Assembly (NCBI GenBank): GCA_028023455.1
Contig: JAQFVV010000009.1
Coordinates: forward strand, 14,260,001 to 14,324,000
Reading direction: 5' to 3'
Source: Epiperipatus broadwayi
Lineage: Eukaryota; Animalia; Onychophora
Length of the DNA: 64,000 nt
Below are positions 54,542 to 64,000 of this stretch, in pieces (the first letter of the stretch is position 1; every line of letters starts with the position of its first letter). The position numbers and the translations under genes are program-made. Under the pieces are notes generated by a model. The model worked only from the letters and a program-made list of their open reading frames with translations, searched no databases and was not told the DNA's origin.

Positions 54542-55904
54542 TTAATAGCTTTTCCTCTATCTTATCTAATGTTGTCTTTTATAGGTAACTACAAATTAAA
54601 AGCAAAACAATACTAAGAATATAATCGATTGAGGTAAAGAAAAACAAATTTATATCAGGTTATGGCACTAAGATGTGTCAATTTATTCTCTTTTATTTAT
54701 TTTATTTTTTGTTTAAAAGATATTCTAATTATATTAAAGAGAAAATAAAAATGATTAAAGTTGCTAATCTAAAAAAAAATTCTATTAGAAAGTTATTAAA
54801 TTATTAAGTTTATATTAAATATGGTCTGTTTTCAAAAACGAATTTAAATTTTTAAATACAATACACATTTCTTCTTCTTTTTTTTTTTAAAAAAGAGTTG
54901 TTTATTTTTATAATAAAAATGGGGGGGGGGGTGTAATTAAAGATTGATTAATTTAAAAAAAGATAAGTTTGAATGTAGGTGGCTTGAGATTTAAAAAAAA
55001 AATTTTAAAGAATTTTTCAAAAAAAAAAAACTGTTAAAATTATAAAGCAATGAAAATAATTAATTTAATTTAGAATATGTATGTCTGGCAGAGATAATGT
55101 ATACATTTAGAATGCATTGTTATACAGAAAGGGGAAACATAATTGCACAACATATTGTTAGCTCAGAGAATAATATTCTCTTTATAATGAAAATTAAGAA
55201 AATACCTATACACTAATAGTCTATACTTTCTTATCATGAGTAGCTTCCATGTATTCATCTCTGCTCTTGTATGTAATATTGTAAGAAGAAGAAAAGTTTA
55301 AAGTCCAATCCTAGTGTAAACAGAAAAATGAACTGATTTCCATCAATTAAAGATATATTTTTTCTTTGTTCAGATAGGTGTATTACAGTTGCTAACCACC
55401 TCCAGAATTTCACTAAATAATGAGTTAACTTGTAATTAGATGCTGATAAAAGAAGGGTCATGCCAGTGATGACCAACCTAAAATAATGATTGAAGGAAAT
55501 ATAAGAGTTTGACCAGCCTAAGAAATAATAAAAAAAGATGTTTGTATGAAATAAAAAACCTAGTGTTAATAAGCAGCCAAAAATATTGATTGAAAACCTG
55601 CAAACAAAGTGCATTGATAAACTGTAAACAAGCTGCACTAGAATTGCCTAAAAACAATATATATTTATATATTGAAGCAGTCAATCTTAGCTTAAGATTG
55701 AGCTTCATAGTTTCCACCTACTAACCTGTATTCAAACCCTATATCCCATCCTGCTCCTTTTATCGTGTATATATCTTTTATGTATGTATTTGAGATGCAT
55801 GCTTAAGTTATAAAATTTTAACATTTCACTAACAATTTTTTTAAATTATTATTAATTTTTTTTTATTAATTATTAGTTCTTTTTTTATTAAAGTATTATA
55901 GGTG

Positions 55905-56077
55905 TGGCTCAAATATATATGTAGGAGCAAAAACTTACTAACAAAATATTGATTTTTTAAATATTTTATTATATGTCATTTATACAACATGGCTCAAATA
56001 TATATATATATATAGGAGCAAAAACTTACTAACAAAATATTGATTTTTTAAATATTTTATTATGTGTCATTTATACA
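55905..56077 (+). repeat. Tandem duplication, ~85-bp period
   Basis: tggctcaaatatatat...aggagcaaaaacttactaacaaaatattga at 55905 and 55990. Confidence 0.95.
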
Positions 56078-57599
56078 GCTTTTCTTTTAAAGTACTTTTT
56101 TTTCCTCTATTAAATGATATTGTATAAAATCCAAGATGGAAGATGTACTGTTAATTGCCCAAAAATAATTAAAGGGTTGGAAACACTATTGTTTTAATCT
56201 GGGGAAAGTATTTTTAATTAAAGTTTTTACTTAAAATGGGATTAAGATTAAAGATTTTCTTTTGTTATAAACATTTTTCTCAAATCTATTTCTAATCTGG
56301 AAATAGACTTGAATTTATTTTTGGACATTATCTAACAGTTGCATCTTTCAAAAGCAATGAACCAAGTAATTAAAAGCATTCCAGAAATACCTGGGCAAAA
56401 TATAAAATGGCCAGTTTTTAAATCATCAAGAGATTAGCTACTATTGAAAGAACTGCAGTGAATATAACCTATGCTGGTGTGAAAGTTAAAAAAATAATGA
56501 TGTAATAGTAAGTCTACCCTTCTTGGCCCTGTTGGGTCATTATCTGCTGCTATCATTATATCATGCTCCCTATAATTAAGTAAAGGCCTGATGGAGAACT
56601 TTGGAATGCTAAATAGAAGCTTGCTGTCACATAAGAACTGTCATGCGTGAGCTGGACTTTTTAATATGAACTCTTAAAATAGTGCAAGGTAAATTATTTC
56701 AAACTGCCACCATTGAAACTAAATCTAGCTTGCCTGACAAGTCTCAAACTCTACTATCAATTTATCCTAATGTATAATTTAATTTTGTAAGTTTTCTAAT
56801 ATGTAAATTGCTCTCAAATAATTTTTATAAATTTAATTCTCTCTCATACACTCTAACTTTTTTTAATTTTAATGCAGTCATTTATTTACTACTTGATTTT
56901 ATATGTGTGTTTTTATTATTAATGTGCCAATCTCAAGCAATCTGATGAGTTGAATTTTTAAAATCTTTTCTTCTTTTTAAGTAAGCCTTCATGAATGAAG
57001 TTTATTAACATTCCCTTAAAATATAATGTATTGTTAATTAATATGCTCACTAGATTGTTTTACAAGTCAACATTTTATGTTTTAGTATAAAAATATATTT
57101 GTTTAACTCTGGATTTTCTACCCAGGGTGAATCCAGAACTCAAGCTAATTAATGCTTTGAAATCTTTTAAAATGTTTTTTTTTAATTCTGAAAGAGTGAC
57201 CCAATAGTTATTTTCTATAACTGCCAGTCTTCTTTTATTTTCCATACTCTTAAAATTTCAAATATTGTATTTAAATATTCCAGTTACTATAAAAACCATG
57301 AAGGTGGGATTGAATTATTTTAAAATATCAGAAAAGAAAAGAGGGTAAATTTTAATATTTTACTATTTTAGTTATTAAATAAAATCTTGTGTCTATATAT
57401 ATATTATTAACTGCATAGCATATTATTTGTCTAAATTATGGCATTCAAATAAGGGTCATTCATTTTAAAGCAGTAAACTTATTCAATGTTGTTAATGACA
57501 TTTACCCATACTGCGTTACTGACATTTGGACTTATCTTCATGTTTATATATATTATGTGCTTCTAGTCTTCTAATCTGGGGGTTGTGACAAGTTCGAAC

Positions 57600-57870
57600 C
57601 CATAGATTTATTTCTCAAGCCTTGTTCTGAAGATAGTTGACCTTCCCAGAACCATTTATTTCATAGAAAAAGGCCTCAGGCAGTGATACCCTAAGTCTGG
57701 CAATGCTATGCCTATCCACTGTCTTCGTATAAAAAGGCCTGCATGTCGGCAATGTCCACGGCATGCCTGTTCACTTTGTCTTTCATCCAGAAGCACGACT
57801 TTTCCTGTTATTTTGTAGTTAATATGTCAGCACCACAAATTTCTTTGTATACTTATTTCTTTTGCTTCAT
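57600..57870 (-). mobile_element. Possible highly decayed GIY-YIG (Penelope-like) fragment
   Basis: Frame-hopping gives VYKEICGA...TGK...DERQSE...AVDIADM...HSI, loosely like VYKIxC...YIGxT...RxxEH...HSI. Local CpG retention. Confidence 0.35.
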
Positions 57871-58624
57871 GACCCAGTTTTAATGCTCTAATATTAAAAG
57901 TGCACTCTGCTCAAAAATATATATATAAATGCCAAATATTACTAGCTAGATTAATTACTAATATTATTTTAGTTTTATTATACAATCCTATCATCGTAAT
58001 TTGTTATTTATCTGTTTAAGAGTATTTGCCTTGGGAAAAATAAAGCATTCTTCTTACCAGCACTAATTAAAAGAATTTTCATTAAGTATTGTATCATATA
58101 ATCAAATGTTTTCAAATGTATTTTATTTATTTTCATGAACATAATGGTGTGAAAATAGTTTATCTTATATCTGTAATGAATCCCAGAACACTCCCAGAAG
58201 TAATATGTTAGTCACCATGTTTCAGAACTGTAAATCAAAGCGTTAATGGCAATATTTAGTAATTCTTTGTAATAGTTGATTGGCATCTTAATATTGGACC
58301 CACCAAAGATGTGTGCTTATTTATCATATATTATTTAGCTAATAAAGAGCATATGAGAAATAATAGCATGAATGACACTATGTAATCATTGACCACTTGC
58401 TCATGCATGCACATACTAATGTTTGCAATTAATTTATAAATGTATAATAATTTGTTAGTATATTAAATGATATTTTATTGTCTAACTTATTTGAGTAGTT
58501 CAAATTCCTTTTTTCTCCACTTTCAAACATACAGGTAATAGATGTCTCATTGTTTTTTCTGCTCTGCTAGTTGGCCAAATTTAAAATTAATTCTCATGTG
58601 CCATCTTGTTATGTTATCCATTAG

Positions 58625-58675
58625 GTGTTTGATCCGAGGCTTAGAGAGTGGATTCGAATTCAGGCTGGTCACTGA
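58625..58675 (+). other. Candidate terminal coding exon VFDPRLREWIRIQAGH*, unassigned
   Basis: Follows tatgttatccattag. Protein-like peptide with CpG-containing codons in an otherwise CpG-poor zone. No upstream exons identified. Confidence 0.25.
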
Positions 58676-59502
58676 CCTAAATCTCAGGCTTGACTGGGTT
58701 TGAAGAACATTTTGTGAGTTCCAGCTCATATTAGATGGATAAGCATATAAGCACTTACATTTATTAAAAAACTCGATAAGATTGTTTAAATATATATATA
58801 TATCATGTAGTAATTGCTAATCTATATTATTTAATTATGACTATTACCATTATATTGTATTGTTAGGTTTTCATATTTTTTGAGATTTGTTTTATATGTT
58901 TATTTTAGAATAAGTGTAATATATATATATTAAAATAATTTATTACCTTTGAAATGTTCCTAATTAAACATTAATTGGCATATAAGGGAGAAAGAATAAC
59001 ATCTCTAATTTAGTGTTTAAAATATTGAGAGATTAAAGAAAACAGAAATTATTAGAAGCCTTCTTAAAAGTCATAATAATTAATGTTTTGGGGTGACTTT
59101 ACATTTGTATTTAGAAATTTATAGAATCATGTGTTGACACATTTTTACTTATATTTATTTTTTGTTGTTGTTATTATTGCCTGAAATAAATTATTACGTT
59201 TAAAATTTAGCCAAGTCTCTCCCATTCTTGCATTTCATTGATTCAATAAGGAATTTAAGTTAAATAGTTAAGTTTTGCAATATTGTGTTGGAGTCTAATG
59301 TGTCTCCAAGCTACTGCTTGATGCTGAATGGGATTGTTATCACCTAAAGAATAAAGATTTGAAACTGGGTTACTGGAAATTCCTCATGGAAGTAGTGGAG
59401 TGGTGCCTTACTTTCACAAATTTAAAGAAAGGAAAAAAATATCCAGTGAGCTCAACTCTTTTAAACAGTACTCAAAAATCAATATGTAGTGATATAGATA
59501 AA

Positions 59503-59598
59503 TTATGGTAGGTATGTGTATTTGAATAAATGATGAGGAACAGGAAATTTTATGGTAGGTATGTGTATTTGAATAAATGATGAGGAACAGGAAATTTT
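59503..59598 (+). repeat. Tandem duplication, 47-bp period
   Basis: ttatggtaggtatgtgtatttgaataaatgatgaggaacaggaaatt, twice. Confidence 0.95.
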
Positions 59599-62299
59599 AC
59601 TAATACTTGGTCAACATATCAGAAATGGACACATAAACAAATAAAGCTATTCAGTATGTTTACCACCAATTTCTTGAAATTTATTGCCAAATTCTATTAT
59701 ACTAATAATTGTTTTTCATACATCATAAGAAAATTTTCCTCATATTTTCTATGAGACAGTGTCTTCTGATACTGAGGACAGATATATGGAAAAAAAGAAA
59801 GCCACCATGAATAATTACATTTAATCATATCATTAATATTAATTATGACATACTAGTAATATTTATTTGTCAAGAGCACAACTCCTCTATAGAAATATTT
59901 ACCATAAACATGAATAATCAGTGAATACCAGATGCCTTTTAAAAAAAATCTCATCCTAAGATTAGTTTTTGGTTTCTGTACTTATCAATGAGACTCAGTA
60001 TTACAAGTTGAAATAAAATGTTATCCATCCAGAAACACGTTTATCTCAATTTTGCCTGTTAAACCAAAAATCTGAAATTCAAATCAAACAAGGTTTTGAA
60101 TCCAAGTCAGTTGAACAGTTATTTAGATAAGAATCTAGTTTAGTAATTATATATATATTCTAACCTCCCCCCGCGCGTTCTCACCCCCAAAATATATTGT
60201 TTAATACGAATATTACGGGTTCTAGCTCAGTTTACAAATAAATAAATGAAATATTCAGCATTAATTAAAATGATTACTAGCTCTAATTTTAAAATACAAA
60301 TTCGATTCAATTTTAAAATGAATTAACAAATATTTACTATTTTCATGAGACATGGAGTGACAATACGGGGAACGAGATAGACTACATTGAGACATTATCC
60401 ACACGATACTACCTCAATGGCATAAGAACACTATCCCCTCTTTTTTTTTTTTACTATACCAAATAACTAACTCATAGTATTCTTACGACTTTCTAAGCTC
60501 TATTCACTACGATTAAAATAATAATCATAACTTAATCTTCTTTATAACAAGAATCTAGCTTAATTAAATAAAATGAAGTAAAATAAAATAAAATCTCAGG
60601 TTCATAAATTGTATTCTAACTGATTTAAAATTACGGTAGTAAAATATGAAAAGGGAATTTTATGTCATAATCTACTACACAGCAACTAATAATAATAAAA
60701 TAATAATAACAATAATAATATAATATAATCTTATTTCTTCCTAAAATGAAATAAATAAATACATACGTGGTAGTATTTAATAATCTGACAACAGAATACT
60801 TGTGGCAACATTAGCATATAATTAAATGTAATATTGTGGCAACCGACTTATGACCAATAAATAATATAAAATTATGATCTTTTAATTTTAACATACCAAT
60901 AAATTCTCAAAATTCTTATAACACTTTTATGTTTACCTTTTGTGCAAAATTTATATGTCTGTTTCAATTATAAATGTATCGTGATTTCATGCATCTATGT
61001 GGAGAAATAACAACTCGGACACAAAACTTTAAAACAAATTTAAAACAAAGTTTATTAACAACATAAATAAATTAACAATATTTTACACTATATACATTGG
61101 ATATCCCTTACTTTCATATCTCAACTTAGTTTATTAATTTATAAAATGAAATCAAAATATTATTTACTTTTCTTAGTAAATCTTATTTTTTAACATTTAA
61201 GAAAATACAGTATTATTACTTGATTTATTATTAGGGTTAGCTTATTACAAAATGCATTTCTTATATGACTATCACAAACACCTTTCATCCCTAATATTAT
61301 TTAAATTATATTATTTCACAAAAATTTACATTCGTAATAAAATTCTACAAAATAACAAATTTTAGTTTTATATGGGTTGTATGGAATCTTACAAAGTCAA
61401 AACATTGTACTACATTCGGTATTAGGTTTTTATTGTTCATTATCCGATGTTTATTAATCCTAATATTCTCATTCAAGCCTTACTTCGGATGATATAATTA
61501 TAACTATTACTATACCATGCACAAATATATGTTTATTATACCTTATTGAACTATTTTCTTAATAAATATGCAATACTTATTTTCTAAATATTATTAAAAA
61601 AAATTCATTCAAATTTTATTATCACTTTTAAAATACTTGGTTTAGATTTCTTTTCAAAATCTTATATTCATTTCTGAATTAATTTTTACAATGTATTATA
61701 TGATTCTTTCTCTCTTTATGATATTTTGGACTTTCAATTTTAAAGTTACACAATTCTATACATTCAAGCAAATAAACTATTCCTACACAAACGATAACAT
61801 ATCTTCAGTTCTATTTTATTCATTATTTCTTTGAAAATATCTTTCTGACCGATGCAGATTCACAAAATAAGGATAGCGAAGATAGATGCATAGGATCAAA
61901 ATACAACTAGAATATTACTCGTCATATACCTTGACAATCATGGCACAGTGAATTAAAAAACACTACAGAGGAGTGACCTTTACCTGTCTACCAACCTCTA
62001 TTATAGGAACGATGCTAAAGCTATTTCTTCCGCTTTATTCTAACATCAAAAGTTTAAAGATATGCAAAAACACTGTCCAAACTATATGTGTTCAGTTATA
62101 GGGCCTAGTTAACTATACTGAAATCACACAAAACTAAATATGATCCAAATCTTTTATTTTTCCTATTTCTTAAAAAAAAAACATCATCTTGGTTTCCTTT
62201 CCACTAGTACTTCCAAGTCACTATCCGATCTTATTTCTCAAGATTTTTTCTTTACTGTACATCGACAAATACATATCTGCATTACTAACAATAATAAAA

Positions 62300-64000
62300 T
62301 TCATTTATTTTAAAACTATTCCACTGTTCTATAAGAAAATCTTTTTACTACTTTCCTCCGTCTATTTAATCATATACAACTATTTAAATATCTGAATACT
62401 TTATCACATGAAAGTTCAAAAGAATCACACAATTGTTCTGTTAAATTATATTATTAATATACTTTAAATAAATTATTGCATGCATATTCCGAATTACTCC
62501 TATCTCATAATATGTTAAAAATGTTGTATAAAATGTGTACATATAATTTAAACTTTCACACTCCATTCTTAGTCAATAGATGATCTAAAAAAAATACATT
62601 ATGCATTATAAACAACTATTAAAATTACCAAAACGACCTTTATCTTCTCGATCGCATTCCGTAGGCTTCACCATCTATTTGATCCTTGTAGATATAAGAT
62701 TCACATCCATACACTTTATTTTTAACACTATTTCTATAATTTTATCAAGCTATTATATTTAAATTTTAATATTACTAAATTTATGTTTTATGTTTTCCCT
62801 AATCTCACATAACATTTTATATTTTAAATAAATTAGAAAAAATATTTAAACTATATTTACAGTACTTCTTTATCAAACTTTCTTGAAAACCGTTCATACT
62901 AAAGCTAAAAAAAAAATGTTTATTATTTCTTCTTCAGTCACTTCTTGTTCAATTTTAAGGTAAAACAATTATTGCTCTGTTTAATAATATTCATATATGA
63001 CAATCCTTGTTTTTTTTTTATAATATTTAATACAATTATTAATTATGATATTAGTTAATCCCGTAAAGAAAAACGTCTACATATTCTCTTCTAATATTTT
63101 CTGCTAATATTTTCCCGCGCGACTTTTATGATGCATCTTCTAGGTACTTTGATTTAAATATTCAATAAAATTTTTCTGTTTCCATGGATCCATTTTCATT
63201 AAGTAATTAAAATTTCCATTTTCCTAATCTCTATCTTTATTAAACGTTTTTATAATGAACACTTTATAATATTTTAATTCTTCTTAGATAAAGTTTTTTC
63301 TTTCCTTTTTTAAAAAAAATAATGACTCTTTCCTATCATTATTCGGTAATTTTTCCTTTCTTTTAAAGTTCTGGTAACTATATACTTTGTAATGTTTCCT
63401 TTAAAAAGGACAAACATTCTTTCTCTGTTATAACTTTTACATAATTTTTTCTTTATGATATACGTATCTTAATTTTTCCATAGAGAAGAATAAAATAACT
63501 TCAGAGTAGCCTTATAAATTTGTGCGTCATAATTTTTCCTGATGGCAAATAACTTCTCTTTTAAGTTTTCCATATAGCGTCCAAATTATATTCCTCTGAG
63601 TTACAATAATAAGTTTCTGGTTGAGCGTAAATAAAGCTGTATCAAGGCACTTTACAAATATTTTTCCTTTCTCATAACTTCTATATACGGTTTTCTGTAG
63701 TATTTCCATTTTTACTGTAAGGTTTTGGCTAAACTTGAATAAAATATCCTGGTAAGAAAACTTTTAAAAATTAGCCCTCCATGTAAAGGCAGTTCAAAAT
63801 ATTATATTTTAAAAAACTTTTAAAATAAATATAAAATTTTAAAATTATATTACTTTTCTAGCTTACGATCTTATCCAGCTAAAAAAAATATGTTACTCCC
63901 TCCTTCACTTACACCTTACTTTCTTCCGCTCCATCTAATTCTTATATTTTGTCTGCTAAAATGCCTCCGTTGATTGGTTAATGACTTTTTTAGCACGAAC
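62300..64000 (-). mobile_element. Probable highly decayed LINE ORF2 C-terminal region running off the window end
   Basis: Minus-strand broken K/R/I-rich frames with AKKVINQSTEAF.QTKYKN, VKGVTY and FELPLHGGL, in the order expected after the RT YxDD motif of L1/Tx1-type elements. No catalytic motif lies inside the window. Confidence 0.4.

Noticed and set aside
59311-59507. Open frame LLLDAEWDCYHLKNK... ending at a gtaggt donor
   Set aside because: The acceptor (aag) is weak, no homology is recognised, and the donor lies inside a tandem duplication.
60343-60445. TWSDNTGNEIDYI peptide resembling an APE endonuclease motif
   Set aside because: It is a single short motif with no supporting endonuclease motifs nearby.

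Overview
AT-rich, repeat-dense eukaryotic DNA that looks like invertebrate intronic or intergenic sequence; the species cannot be assigned. I recognise no intact protein-coding gene, and most short ORFs in the track are microsatellite artefacts or transposon debris. The window holds a decayed mariner transposon (10.2-11.5 kb), a decayed Penelope-like retroelement (RT plus GIY-YIG) with an inverted partial copy (28.6-30.8 kb), L1/Tx1-type LINE remnants (51-53 kb and probably 62-64 kb), and four copies of a ~110-bp tRNA-Gly-like retroposon, three with clear target-site duplications. It also has several local duplications and long microsatellites. The most notable signal is three unrelated families of minimal type I hammerhead-ribozyme motifs, each with a palindromic helix III. 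Most sit in ORF-less fold-back (inverted-repeat) elements that share one polarity, with 3' ends pointing outward. This is consistent with non-autonomous Penelope-dependent or retrozyme-like elements. All alignments and folds were done by eye and need computational confirmation.
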